Source of the DNA: Eledone cirrhosa
Taxonomy: Eukaryota
Assembly: GCA_964016885.1 (NCBI GenBank)
Contig: CAXHJY010000993.1
Span: 1 to 64,000, forward strand
Length of the DNA: 64,000 bases
Direction of reading: 5' to 3'
Part shown: positions 40,885 to 54,975 of the stretch, in pieces
How the letters are laid out: each line of letters starts with the position of its first letter
Position numbering within the stretch: the stretch's first letter is position 1
The notes under the pieces: generated by a model
What the model was told of the DNA's origin: nothing
The model's input: the letters and a program-made list of their open reading frames with translations, nothing else
The model's database searches: none
Program-made: the position numbers and the translations under genes

Positions 40885-42350
40885 CAAGGGAAATAACTCT
40901 AAAAGCATACAGCTAAAAAATTGTCTGAGTAAACTCCCTTAAAAGGTTACTTTGCATGATTTATGTACAAAATACTATTTTGTATTCACACACACGTAAG
41001 ATCAACACGATTTGTAATAAAAGGGAGATAACTAATAATTAATTCAGCAAAAAACATAGTTACTTCTATATATAATTGCAAACACATTAAATTAAATTTA
41101 GTCTATAAAATACCATATATATAATAGAAGGGCGTTAGCACATGTAGAATACGGTGCAAGACGTGTAAAATCATTTTCCGCTAGGTTTCATTGTCTATAG
41201 GAATTTTTGATTTGATGTTACATAAACACGTAAGTACACATATTTAACGATAGACCCAACGAAACTAAGAAGACTGAACTTAACAACTAAATCTAACATG
41301 TATTTCCAACAATAATAGCTAATACATAAACCCTGTCCCTTAACTCTAACTCAGACTTCTAAGGAAAAGGTTGAAACAGTTCTAATACCTGACCACAACC
41401 ACAACCCCAACCCCAACCCCAACCCCAAACCCTTAACCACTAAAGGAATTTTAGAAACTTAACACTTGTCATCAATAAAAAGAAATGAGAGGCTGAAATA
41501 AACATACAATTTCAAAACAATACAAAATACATTTTAGAACAAACAGTTCGGATGCAACAAATTTCAGCATCAGAGTAAGAAACCCTAACCCAACCCTAAC
41601 TCTAACACTAACCCCAAATATTAACTATCCTTAACAGTTAACTTTAACCTAACACCTTATACTACATCCTACCGGTTCAGAATAAAAGTTAATTGATATG
41701 GGTCTTCTCCAGCACAGATCCATTCTAATTGTTGTGTTCTTTCATCATCTCCTCCTGTAGGGTCAGTACTTTGAAATCAGGCTTTACCATTTCCGACTAC
41801 ATTCCTCTTACATCAGTTTTCCTCATCAACTGTCTTCTTTCACTTGAAGCTATTTGCAATTATTCGCACAACGATTATCATCCCTATGCCTCACGTGTCC
41901 ATACCAGGGACATTTCCTCTCATACACACTGTATCTGATTACTAGCTAAACCATGCTTCATAGTTCATGTACACTAATATTGATGCGATACATTAAAAAT
42001 GTGCAACGCTCTAGGAATAAATAATATACTGAGCTGAGATCTATAATGACTGGTAATATAATATAAAAACTTATAGCCCTATTTCTCAATCAACTCATGT
42101 TTTGACACTAGCTCTAACTTACCCTGTCTAGAGTGAATGCACACCTTAACTGTTAATTCTAACAAAAAAAAAAAAAGGTTTATTTAAAACAAGCAATTAC
42201 GCTATACTCTAATACAACCATTAACACCGATTCCCAACCAATAACGTTAACCTTTAATTATCTGGATCATTTTACGTCCATTCTTTTCATGCTTCAGTCC
42301 ACTTGATGCATTCTTTCATCTCCTGTCAAATGCAGCGTCTTGAAATTATT
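40885..42350 (+). repeat. Copy 1 of an old duplicated block (copy 2 at ~51590-53460) with degenerate (TAACCC)-like tracts and an embedded minus-strand RTE tail
   Basis: Collinear similarity from aagggaaataactctaaaag onward; related ORFs 41729 and 52913. Confidence 0.75.
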
Positions 42351-42939
42351 TGTCACTACTCGGTTACCTCCCCTGCTAGTATAATTTTTGGGGGAGGGAA
42401 AGGTAAATAATTTTGGGAGGAAGGGGAAAGTCGATTAAAACGATCTCATTGCGTTACTGGTACTTTATTTTATCAACTTCGTAAGGTTGAAATGCAAAGC
42501 TAACATCGGCGGGATTTGAACTCTATGCCGCAAAGCATGTTGTCCAACGCTCTGCCGATAATGCTACACCCCCCCCCCCTCTTCAAAAAACAATCCTAAT
42601 ATTCATATAGTAATTATTTATCACTCTTGAGTTATCTCCCCTTCGAATTATTATTTTTTTCCCCATAAACTCCCTAACACTAATACATTATCTAGCAATT
42701 ATCGTTTCTGAGTTATCTCGCCTATTAACATTCTGTTTGCTTACAAATAAATATCCCTAACTCTAATATTTCATCCTGAATTATCGCCTCTACTGATATT
42801 TTCTTAAAGTCAATGTTATAGCCCTCACCCTGTAAAACCTTAAAACACGAACCATAAACCAAAAACACCATCCTCAATCCTAAACCTAAAACCATATCCC
42901 CAAAGCATTGGACAGAAGTCACATCAGAAACCCTAAAAG

Positions 42940-43590
42940 AGGAAACATAATGCTCTTGAAAGGAGTAACTACAGAGGCTTGAAACTTATGGACCAAATGA
43001 TGAAAATGATGGAAAGAGTGATAGCACAACTAATTAAGCAAAGAGTCAAAATAGATGGGATGCAATTTGGTTTTCTGGCAGGAAAAAGCAGCCCAATTGC
43101 CCAATTTTATAGAGACAACTACAAGAAAAGTACCTAACCGTGGGTAAGCTGCTATATCTAATTTTTGTTGACCCCCAAAAGTCTTTTGACAGGGTTACAT
43201 AATCTGCTATTCGGTAGCCTTCAAGAAAATTAGGAGTACTCTCGGGTCCCAAAGAATAGGGGTAGGATGGGGTGGAATAAGTGGGAGGTTTGGAAAATCA
43301 GTCATTTTTCTAGGTTGTCTTCGTTGATTATTTTAAAAAACCAGAATTAGTTGCTTAGTTTACACATTGAGACCCCAACCAACCTATGTATTTTATAACG
43401 TATGGGATTTTTAGTAATGAGTAATGTACTTTTTTTTATCATGTATGTTATTTAATGTAATAAGAAAATTACCGGAGATAGATTAGCAAAATTTAAAAAG
43501 CGGTGGGGTCTGAAAAATTAATAAGTGAAGGTGGAGACCCGAGAGTAGCTGAGTGGATTGTGCAGGAAGTGCAAGCTATGTACACATAGA
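42940..43590 (+). mobile_element. RTE RT fragment split by a MITE (43239-43545, TA TSD)
   Basis: NYRGLKLMDQMMKMMERV, QFGFLAG, RQLQEKYL; RKLGV|AEWIVQEVQAMY is restored when the MITE is removed. Confidence 0.8.
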
Positions 43591-44379
43591 CTTGCGTGTG
43601 ACCTTCACTGCGAGCTTCTAAAAGACATTGTCTACTGCGATGGGGCGTATTCCACCGTCTTTCTTACTGAAAGCACTTAGCAGGCAGAAAAGATGAGGCC
43701 TCGGGAATAAATGTCTAAGGTGCCATGGATGAACCTGTTAATTAGAGTCACAATAGTGCACAGTAGGCGACACCCGGCTTCGGCAGTGAGGTGTGTGTGT
43801 GTGTGTATGGGGGGGGGGGGGGGGGGGGCACAAGGCGTATGGGTCTGAGGTCTTGTTCGGAAGATCCACAGGTGGGAATCGATATGATGACCTTCAAACT
43901 ATCAAGGAAGACGAAGTCATTGCTTTTCTACAAATCTAAAATAATCCACTTAGGAAAAAAGCAGATATCTGAATATTTAGCATGCAAAATAGATTGGTCG
44001 AAACTAGGACATGTGTCACACATTGGGCGATTCTACTATTGTTCAATCATAGTATGACACGCATGCACGTTCCAGAACATTCTAAAGTCTTAAATGTATA
44101 TAAATATAGAGGACATGTTGGTGTTGATTTTGTACATCTTAAAAAAAAAAAGTCAGTGTTTAAATATATTCCACTTACAATTTTTTTTTGTGTGTTTTCA
44201 TTTCAATTGTTGAGAAAAACATAACAAATTGGTGACGAAGAAAAAGCCACATGTCGATTTCCATTAAAAAATTGCAAATGTTGCTACAGCAAGCAGAGGA
44301 AGCTCAACTAAAATTAATTGAAACTATGCTGAGTAAATTAAATATGCATTTTCCGGTATCCACATCAAATATTACAGTC

Positions 44380-44890
44380 ATCCGTCCTCGACACAGTTAC
44401 TGAATTTCAGTTTGATCCTGCTGATAGTGTTACTTTCGAACACTGGTTCAATAGGTGAAAAGACACCTTCAATGTAGACTTGGCAAAAGTAGGTGATACC
44501 CATGTTTATTTTTTTTTTGCAACTTCATCCTGCTCAAACAACTTCGAGACCTTTTATTTGCAGAAACAACCAAGTTGTTGGGAGAGCAGACCTAAGTTTT
44601 CAACGCTAGATACCATTAACTCAAACTTACAAAAAAGTCTACAGATTGAGTCCTGTATTGCAGGTGTGGTGAACCGCGAGTTTGAACATTTCCAGTTGCG
44701 GTAGATGACGGACGACCCATTTAAATGTTTGCTGTTCGTTTGCAGGTTACAGGCATCAGAAGATGCTGATCTGAGGACACGTATTATTAATCGTTTGGAA
44801 TAGTCACCGGACATGACATTGCAAGACATGACTGACGATGCCAACGGTTGGTGAATTTAAAGTATGATACAGCGATGGTAGAAAAAAGAA
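44380..44890 (+). mobile_element. Ty3/Gypsy gag-like remnant (K02A2.6-like)
   Basis: TEFQFDPADSVTFEHWFNR; AGVVNREFEHFQL; FKCLLFVC.LQASEDADLRTRII..L; RLVNLKYDTAMVE. Confidence 0.6.
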
Positions 44891-45124
44891 AAAGGTCAGC
44901 CAACCTAACCTTTTAGCATTTACAGTGCTCTATATTTACTATTATATTTTCATGGTAAAGGCTTTACCTCACATAATTATCTCATATAGTATTGAATCTA
45001 TGAGATTTTGATATTTAGTTTGAGAATATATTGACCAGTTACTGCCGGTTTGAACAGAAAGTGAGAATTCTGGCCGGATAAGGCCGGTTTAAATGCTAAA
45101 GGAAACACTGAACCAAAACGTCTG

Positions 45125-45985
45125 AGTAAAAACTCAAAGAATACGAAGATTTGAGAAGAAAAACATCTCAATAGCAGACATAATGACGTCACTCTCAAAG
45201 GCTTATAAATGGAAATCTCCTGGTAAAGACATTATGCAACATTTCTGGCTTTCATCGCTCTCCTGCGCACACAAAAGGTTAATCCAGCTGTTCATTGAAA
45301 TAAAAAAAGATCCTGAAAAATCATCAGACTGGATAGCTACAAATATAATTTACTACACAAGAATAATGAAACCAAATAATGGACCAAAACTATCGGTCCA
45401 TAACCTGTTTATTCACCACGTATAAAGTTTTAACATCTGTTTTCGTGTAAGAAAAAAATAAAACATGCATTTATGGAAGAGCATCTTTTCCTTATTGAAC
45501 GAAAAAGAATGTTGACGCAGTTGATATAGATGTAAAGGTCAACTCTTAATTAATCGTATGATCCCTGAGAACTGTCATAACAAGCACAGTAATGAAAGTT
45601 CCGCATGGATTGATTATAATATCCCTTACAATTGAATGCACCAGAACAAGGAAAGGTTATATAATTGACAACAGGAAAATAAGCTATTTGCTTTATATGG
45701 TTGACTTCAAACGATAAGGCAAAGATGATGAGCTTGAAGGCCTTTACGTACTGTGAAAATATATCAGTGATGATATCTGGATGGAGTTTTGGTTTGATAA
45801 GTGTGCCAAGACCACCTTCAAGAAAGATAAGTTGATAAACACAAATTCAGTCGAACTGGATGTTGAAACAGTTATAAAACAACCTCAGCCGGAACAAAAC
45901 TTTAAATACCTAGGCATAAATGAAGGCTCCGGTATTCAGCATCCAAGCAAGAAAGAAAAGTTAAGGAATGTTATAGGAGAGTACG
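45125..45985 (+). mobile_element. R4/Dong-like RT remnant (second copy ~53740-54590)
   Basis: WKSPGKD..FWL, CKGQLLINRMI.ENC, AWIDY, LLYMVDFK, MEFWFDKCAK, FKYLGINE. Confidence 0.7.
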
Positions 45986-48900
45986 CGCAGGCAGACAAAG
46001 ACTGCCTGTCCTTTCCCTGTAAAGGAAGCCGGCGGGGTGATTTTCACATCTGAAATTCTTGCACTTAATTCAGCTTCCTGTCTTCCATCACTCGCAACAT
46101 GAGCCCGAGATACTAATACTTCCCCACCTACTTCGGTGGAACTCCACTCAGATGCAGAGTGCACTACTCGGGCTTCCTTGAGAGACGAGCACTGATTTTC
46201 ATTCCTGCCATGCAGTACTCGGCATCATACCTATCAAGTACATGTCAGAGATCACTTTTTGACGAGTTAAGTAGTACCATGTCATCTGTAAATCCCAGGC
46301 GACTGATCCTATAACCACAAGACATGACATCACTTCCAAACCGTCTGCGTATGTCAATCCTGTTCATGATTATGAACAGGAGATGTTATAGTACGAACCC
46401 CTAGCGTTGTTCGACACCCACATTAAACGGTTTCGATTTAGCATCATTTATCCGAACACAAATGCGGAGGCATTCATATAGAGACCAAGGCAACAACAAG
46501 CTGCCAATCTATCCAATACTCCTTCAGAACATTCTACAGCAGGTCCCATGTACAGATTTTCCATAAAAAAAATTCATCAAACTGACCTCAAACGTTTTTC
46601 ACCATTTATTTTTCAAAAATCTTCAATAAAATTTCAGTTTTCTTAAAAAAAAAACCTTTCAGAAAAATTTGGAACGTTTTAAGAAAATTTGTTTACATTT
46701 TTGAGAAAACTTTTGAGGATATCTTTGCAGAAAATTTTGAAGTTTTGAAAAATCTTTAAGAATGTTTTGATGAATTTTTCTAAGTTTTAGGAAACATTTT
46801 AAAGCTTAGAAAAAAGTTCAAAGAAATAATTTGAAAATCGTTTGAAAAAAACCTTTTCAGAAATATGAGGGAAAAGTTTTGAAAAAAATTTAGTAAAACT
46901 TAAAAATAATTTTAAAGAAAATTAAAAATATATATAAAATTGAAAGAATTTTGAGAGAATATTTTGAGGAAAATTTTCGAGCACATACAGAAAAAGTTTC
47001 GATGGAAAATGTGATGGGAATTTTGCTGAAATTATTTTGAGGAAAAAAAATCTTCGAAATTCTAGGGGAAAAGTTTGAAATATTTGTTTAAAAATATAAA
47101 CATTATCGGATGATTACATATCTGCTTTCAAATTCGCCCATCTGTTGGCTCTGTTACACTTTATGGCTAAATCACTTTTATTTAATTTAATTTTTTCAAA
47201 TATACGTTTGAATATAAACAATGTTAACTTTTTTGGTGTTCTCGGTGGAAGTGATGATTGAGAAGATAACAGGGGTGTATGTGGAGGCCGCAGTGAGGGA
47301 AGGGAAACAAGAAACAAAAACGATTGTTCAGATTTTGCGAAAGTAAAATGTCACTTATCCATGAAAGAAAAAAAAAAATTTTTACAAGATTTTTTGTAAA
47401 GTTTTAGAATTTTAAATAAAATAAAATAAATTCGAAAACTATTGAAAAAATTTAAATAATTTGGAGAGAATATTTGATGAAATAATTATAATTATAATGG
47501 TTTCTTTAATAGAAAATTTGAAGAACATTTTGAAAAAAATTGGAAATTCTTGGGAAATAGTTTAATGAATCTTTTATAAAATGTTTAACAATAGTACAAT
47601 CATTAATTGTTTCTACTTTTGGCACAAGGCCAGCAATTACCCAGTGTATTAATAATGTATTAATAGTATATTACCCAGTGTATCAATAGTACAATCATTA
47701 TTGTCATTATTGTACACATTAACTTTATATTATCTTTCAAATCTAATCGTCTGCTTGCTCTGTTAAACTCTATCGCTAAATTCTTTATTTTATACCAACA
47801 ATTTTTCTAAAAAATATTCTCAAACATTTTAGTCAAAATTTTCTTTAAATTCTTTGAATTTTTTTTTTTTTTTTTTTTTTTTTCTTAAAGCATTTTGAGA
47901 AAGATTTTCGAAAAAGGAATCGGAATATTAGAGAATTTTTGGTGAAAGTTTTTGAAAAACATTTTGATAAAATTTTAAAGAATATTTTGAGGAAAATATT
48001 TGAAATCTTAGCTTGTCTGAGAAAAGTACCAATTTGGTGACTGGTGCAAATAAGATCACCAAAGCTGCAATATGGTGAGAGGTAACATAATCATATCACG
48101 CCGTCCTTCACACAAGTTAACAATGAATGTGTTTGGGACTTAGGGAGGAGGTGGGGCTGTTCGAAAAATATATTGGCAGTCTACATTTCATGCTATAATA
48201 ACTGGCGATGGACCTTTGACCTGTTTAGGGTGGGGAGATGGACGCACAAAGATTGCGTATCCCGGGAATCCAAAGACGGTTCGGAAGGTAGCACACCGTA
48301 ACAATTAGAACATCACAACCCTTACTGGTAAGAAGCAGAAATTAGGGGAGTAGGTTAGATGTTACCGGTTAGATAGAGTCGAGGTTCCTCAAAATTCCAT
48401 GTCTATGGTATTGCAAATTTAGATGGAGGATGGAAACTCCACTATTGAGATAGGACCCCAGAAATGACTGAACAGGTGGGAGTGGGGATACAGACAAGAC
48501 TCTGAATAACAAAGTGTTATGGACTGGATTCCATTAGGAGGGACGATTTGCCTCTGGAAGCAGATTACTTATCTAGAAACCACCCCAAGACTACCTAGGA
48601 CAAATATGCATAGGTAGATTAGTTGGTACAACACCCCCTTCAATAGAGAGGTTTCTACACCTATAGTTAGGACTTTCTATTTTGGTACACTTACAAGATG
48701 TTCTTTGCCTCTACAAATTCCGATTCCCTCCCGTCATTGAACCTCTATCGAATCTATCTAGCTACTTATCCCTTCTTCTCACTCTCACTCTGTATCTATT
48801 TCTCCATCTCTCTCTATCCTTCCATACATATACCTATCATCACTATGCTCTCTCTAAATGTAATCTTTTGCCTTTATCTCCTTTATCTCACTTTGCCCCC

Positions 48901-49479
48901 CCCCCTTCCTTTATCTTTTCAGTCACTTAAAATAAAACCGATTCTCATAGCATACCTTGCTTCTTTTACTTCCACCCCTCTCTTTCTACCTCTCACTCAT
49001 TCTATCCGGTCTGTCCTCTTGCCTAATCACACTCACTCACTCACTCACTCACTCACTCACTCACTCACTCACACTTTTATCTGTATTTGTTTTCGTATTG
49101 CAAATTTCTTTTTTCCTCAGTTTCGTCTTTCTCCCTCAATTGCACTCATATTAAATCTATGCTCCCCCATCTCCACATATCCCCTCCTCCCACACGAACA
49201 CTCACATACGCACATATGTACGTGCAAACACAACATCCATTTCTATATTTTATGCAAATTTCTACATTACTCAAACCATTAACCTTCTCAAACCTGCAGC
49301 CATCATCACACCAGCATCGCGACCCTACCCACTTTCAAAATGCTAATCAGTATCTCCGCTCGAACAAAATGACAACACCGACGTTACCGACCAGTGCTCC
49401 AGTTTGCGATTGTCTGCCCCACCCTCATCCCCAACAGGCGGAAGACAGGTTGAAACTGTTCAGGGTGTGAGTTTCAATA

Positions 49480-51060
49480 ATCTGACACGACGGGCCTCAA
49501 ATGTGATTTCAACGTAGAGATGCAACAGCTGCCACTTCTACTCGCGTGTGCAGCTGCGGCCATTAACTACACCCCCAACGAGACAGCGCGCCTGCCTGAC
49601 ATCCATCCTTCGCTGGTCAATGTTGCTCGGCTCAGGCGGCTTCGGAGGATCTCCCTAAAGACCCGAAAGAAGTCGCCCTTGGTCTCTTCAACAGTGGTGC
49701 CTATCGTGACGGCCTGTCGACAACGTCCCTAATAAAGGCCAACATCTCGACATTAGGGAAGTTACCCATACCCAGTACGTTCAAGCAGATCACACTCAGC
49801 TCATTCGTTCTCCCGCAGTCATTCACCTTTGATGCCAGCTCAGTGTTTACGCGACCGGGTAAACGTGAAACTCGCTGAGAGTGATGACTCGGCTGTCGTC
49901 AAAGTAGTCACCTCTGACGACACCATCCTCTACACCGAGGAGGTCTTGGCTGCTCTCCCGCTCAAGCATCTTGAGTCACATGCATACCTCAGCCTCATAC
50001 ACCCACTTGACCCTCAACTGCTACATGTGGCTTCAATGGAGTACATCATCTCTGCTTTGAGGTCTTTCCTGCCAGCATCATCTGAGGCGCCGACAGTCTC
50101 CGACCCGGCCATCTCAAAACCATGTTCTCCCTCACTGCAGAAGCCGGGCGCCACCTGCTAAGTGCAATTGTGGCCCTCATTCACCCATAGCGATTTGGAT
50201 TCTTATTCCCGAGACCTTACCTCTTCGGCCTGCTTAACCGCTCTCGGAAAGAAAGGTGGAATACTCGGGTCCGAAATCTCGCAGCCAAGGTCATCTGCAA
50301 GTCTGTCGCACCTAAGCTAGACAAGGGATTTAATCCGGTGCAGCTCGGAGTGAGGGTGGCCAGCGGGTGCGAGGGGTTAGTCGACTCCCCTAGATAGTTC
50401 TTCAATGATTGTCTTCTAGAGCCAGCGCCGAGTGTTTCCAGGCATCTCATCGTCAAGCTTGACATGATAAATAGCCTCAACCGTCTGCGCCGCAATCACT
50501 TCCTCTAAGATTGTTACATCCGTGCCGCGTGGGCCTATCCATTGTTCTATCGGTTATATTGCGGACAAGGTTATACCATCTTCAACCGGCATTCAACATG
50601 GCGATCCATTAGGCTCCTCCTTTTCGCTCTTGGTGTAGAAAACATTGCTCGGAGCATTACCACACCTCAAAGTCTGGTACCTTGACGGTGCAATGATAGG
50701 CGGTCGCACAGAGAGTCTGCTACGGCGTAGGCTTCCTTTCTCAGTTTGAGCCAGCGAGGCTGGCAAAAGGTCAGACGACATGACAATCTTCCAATTCCGC
50801 AGGGGTAGGCACTTCATCTGGGATGTCACATCTTGTGACACCTTTTCTAGCGGCAACTTGTTGCGTTCGACTACCATCCCAGGCTTCGCTGTCCGCGACA
50901 TTACCGACATTCTTGGACCCCAGACAGCATGCTATCGGAGCGGTGTTGGCTACACGCAAGTGCGAGCCCCGCGATATTGAGTGGCTATTTTAGCACGTCT
51001 TCCTCACCATCATCTTGTGCAATATCTTCTGCATCCTATTGACCGGGACCACGAGGCTGA
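49480..51060 (+). mobile_element. Decayed CRE-like non-LTR retrotransposon (RT region ~50200-50710)
   Basis: GC-rich island; LAAKVICKSV, NPVQLGVRVASGCEGLV, VKLDMINSLNRLRR, GIQHGDPLG, WYLDG. Confidence 0.7.
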
Positions 51061-51754
51061 CTGACCCATAAGTTTCATTTATGATGGTGGTATACGGAAT
51101 AGATTTACTTACATTTTATTTGTTAATATTTCACTGAATGTGTGTATGTCGATATAATTTATTTATGTGTAAGTATTAAACAAATTACACTTTTAGCATT
51201 CTATTTGTAATTCCTGGCTACATGAAACCTAAACATTAACCCTCACGACAATGCATCAAATCAAATTTGCTAATATCATGCTGCATACATACAATTGTAG
51301 CTTGTATTGTATTGTGTAGGCAAGCAACCCATAAGACTAACCGGATTTCTCATAAAAGGGAGATAACTACTAAATGAATAAAAAATCTTATAGTTATTCC
51401 ACTAGTCTTCAGGCTAGAGATCTAGCATGGTTCGAACCCCAACCACCCCTAATGAAATTCTGCAACAGGTCCAACATTAATTCTAACCTTAACAGCAAAC
51501 CAAAACGTTAAGCCTAAACTGACCTGTAAAGCCATCCGCAATAATTCATCAATGTATAATTAGTAATATCAAGGAATATATTCCATGTGCAAGGGAAATA
51601 ACTCTAAAAGTATATAGCTAAAATACTGTAAGAGTAAACTCCCTTTAAAATTAATTTGCATGAATTATGAAGAAAATAGTATTTTGTATTTACTCACACA
51701 CGGCCATATGACTAACCATATTTCTAAAAAAAAAGGGATATAACTACTAAATAA

Positions 51755-51940
51755 TAGTTTCTACTTTTGGCACAAGGCCAGCAATAACTCAGTACATTAC
51801 TGGTACTTTATTTTATCGACCCCGTAAGGATGAAAGGCAAAGTTAACCTCGGCGGGATTTGAACTCAGAATGGAAAGGGCCGTAACTCTATGCGTTAAAT
51901 CATGATATCCGACCCTCTACCGATACTGCCAATCCACCAA
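51755..51940 (-). mobile_element. Full-length tRNA-derived SINE
   Basis: Reverse complement of 19810-19998; absent from duplicated block copy 1. Confidence 0.85.
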
Positions 51941-54900
51941 TGCAGCAGAAAACATAGTTATTTGTCTCTATCTAATTGCAAACACATTAAATTTTGTTTA
52001 TAAAAATGCCATATTTATAACAGAAGGGATATATATAGCTCATGTAGTAAGACAAATCTTTTTCTCCCTAACGAATGATTGTCTTTAAAACTTTTGATTT
52101 CTTATTACATAAATACGGACACATATATTCAACTCTAAACCTAACCAAACCAAGAAGACTGAACATAACTGTTAAATCTAATATGTATATCTAACCATAA
52201 TAGCTAACACCTAAACCTCATCCATTACCTCCATAATGATAAGGTTGATATAACCCTAACTATAATCACCAACTGCAACACAATTACCAACCCTAAGCTC
52301 CAACACCAACCAGTAACTCTAAACCTAATCTTAGCACAAACTCAACTCTTTCACATAATGAAAATAAATGAGAGGCTGAAATAAAACATACAATTTCAAA
52401 AATATAATTCCAAAAAGAACAGTTCGCATGCAACAAAATTTCAATACCAGTAGAAGACACCCTTAACCCAATCGTTACTTTAACATTAACTATAAAGCTT
52501 AGCACTAAATATTGATTCTAAATTTTACAGCTAACCCCTAATTTCAACTTCAACCACTGTTTCCACTAAAAAATCTGAAATAGCTCTAAACCCTAATCGC
52601 AACCCTAACATCAACCCTAAACCCCAATAACTAAAGGAGTGTAAGAAACTTAACTCTTGCTCCTAATCAAAGGAAGAGAAAAGCTGAAATAAAAATACAA
52701 TTTCAAAACAATCCATTTTAGAACAAACTGTTCGCATGCAACGCATTTTAACAACAGATTAAGAAACCTTAACCAAAACCTAACTCTAACACCAACCCTA
52801 AATAATAACTATCCTTAACAGCTAACTTCACCCTAGCCCTTTATATTACATTCTACCAGTTCAGATTCAGAGTTAATTGACATGGGCCTTCTCCAGTACA
52901 GCTTTAATCTAATTGTGTTCTTTCATCATCTCCTCCAATAGGGTCAGTATTTTGAAATCAGGCTTTACCATTTCTGATTACATTTTTATCAGTCTTGTAC
53001 TTCAGGCTATCGACAATTATTCGCACAACGATCATCATCCATATGCCTTATCTGTCCATACCAGTGAAATTTCATCTCCTGCGCCAGTATCTGATTACTA
53101 GCTAAACCATGCTTCATAGTTCATTTATACTAATATTGATGTTAGACATTAAAATATATACAACGCTAGCAATAAATTATATATTAAACTGAGACCTATA
53201 AAATCCGGTAACATAATATAAAAACGTATAACCCTATTTCTTAACCAACCCATAATTTGTTCCTAGCTCTAACTTTCCCTGTTTAAAATAACTGCATACC
53301 CTAATCGTTAGTTCTAACAAAAAGTAAGTTTCCTTAAAACAAGCAATTACGCTAAACCCAAACATTAACACTGAGTCCCAATCAATAAGGTTAACCCATA
53401 ATTCTTTCGATCATTTTACGTCCTTTCTTTCAACTGTCTGATTCAGTATTTTGAAATTAGCTCTCAACGTATCAGCCTAGGTTTTTTTTCTGACTTCCCT
53501 TTCCACAGGAAATTAACATTCTTTCACAAAGTCAGCATCACCCATATACAATATTTGATTCCTAACTAAAGTATGTCTCCCAATTCATGCACACTGACGT
53601 TGATATTGAATATTTAAAGATGTGCAAAATAATTATAAACTGTACTTACCAGAACAGGCAATCATTAGTCTGTAATCTTATTTGATATTTAGATCATTTC
53701 GGGTCAGTTATATAATGGATGTTAGCATAAAACCCTCAAAGTAAAAACTCAAAGAATGCGAATGTTTCAGAAGAAAAACATTTTTTATAAGCAAAATAAC
53801 TTGTTCATATTCAATGTCAAATAATTTCAGAGAGAAATAGGGAAAGAGTTCCTTCCATGGAAGAAATTGAAAACGTTTGGAGAAAGATTTGAAGTGATGA
53901 GAAGCTATACAATGAAAATATAGATTGGAATAGACGCACAGAAAAACCTACAAACATTTGCAAGAACATGCATAAGGAAGTAACTCTCAATGGTTCATAT
54001 GTGGAAATATGGTAAAGACAGGGTGCTAAATTTCTGGATTTCATCGATCTCGTGCACACACAAAAGGTTAGTCCAGCTGTTCAATGAAATTATGAAAGAT
54101 CATGAAAAAGCATCAGGCTAGATAGTTAGAAGTATAACTTTCTAACAAAGATAAAAAAAAAATATCGGCCTATAACCATTCACCACTTATAAAGTTTTAA
54201 CATCCATTTCTATGAAAAAAAAGCAAGCTTTTATGGAAGAGAATAATCTCTTTCTCATTGTACAAAAGGTGTGCCGACGAGGTGCATATGGATGTAAAAA
54301 TCAACTCTTAATCAATTTCATGAGCCCTGAGAACTGTCAAAACAAGCGCAGAGATCTAAGGTCCATATAGATTGATTACATCTTCAAATTTTAGTCTGTA
54401 ATTTCAAACGTTTTGAAACATATGACATTGAGGAACACGAATCTTCAATTATATACTGTATTAAGTTCAAACAATATTAGCATCGACTGTACCATTTCCA
54501 AGGTGACTCATCTTTCCCTCTAATATTCTGCATAGTTCTAATACCCCTTGAAATCGAACTTAACGGAACAGAGAACGGTTATATAAAGCGCCTAAGAGTA
54601 CAGCTTGTCGTTTTATATACAAATCTTAGAATGTGCTTGAATTATATATTTTGAAAAAACCCTATCTTTTATAGACCTCCACAAAAGCAGAGCATAAAAT
54701 CATTAGATACACAAGATAAATTAATAAGAAAATATTTCGTATTTGAAATTAGTTGTATATAATTTATTGCATATATCTGAAGAGATCTTCGAATGGAGCT
54801 AAATATTTAAGTGTGGAGCTGGAGTCTACTTGCATGACATAATGCGAAACTTTTAAGTGGCATCGATAATATTTCCTTCGAGGAGGAGGTATTTCCCTTT

Positions 54901-54975
54901 CTTTCTTCACACTACATCTTGTACTCTTTCGGTAATCATTTTGGAGTAGCGGGTGTTGTATATATGTACGTATGG

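Noticed and set aside
41380-41660. Interstitial telomere
   Set aside because: CCCTAA units are short, degenerate and embedded in a duplicated repeat block
46560-48010. A/T-tract-rich region with partial internal similarity
   Set aside because: Low complexity; no termini or periodicity I can support
54771-54805. ctgaaga..gaat as a hammerhead
   Set aside because: No GAAA and no convincing stems II or III
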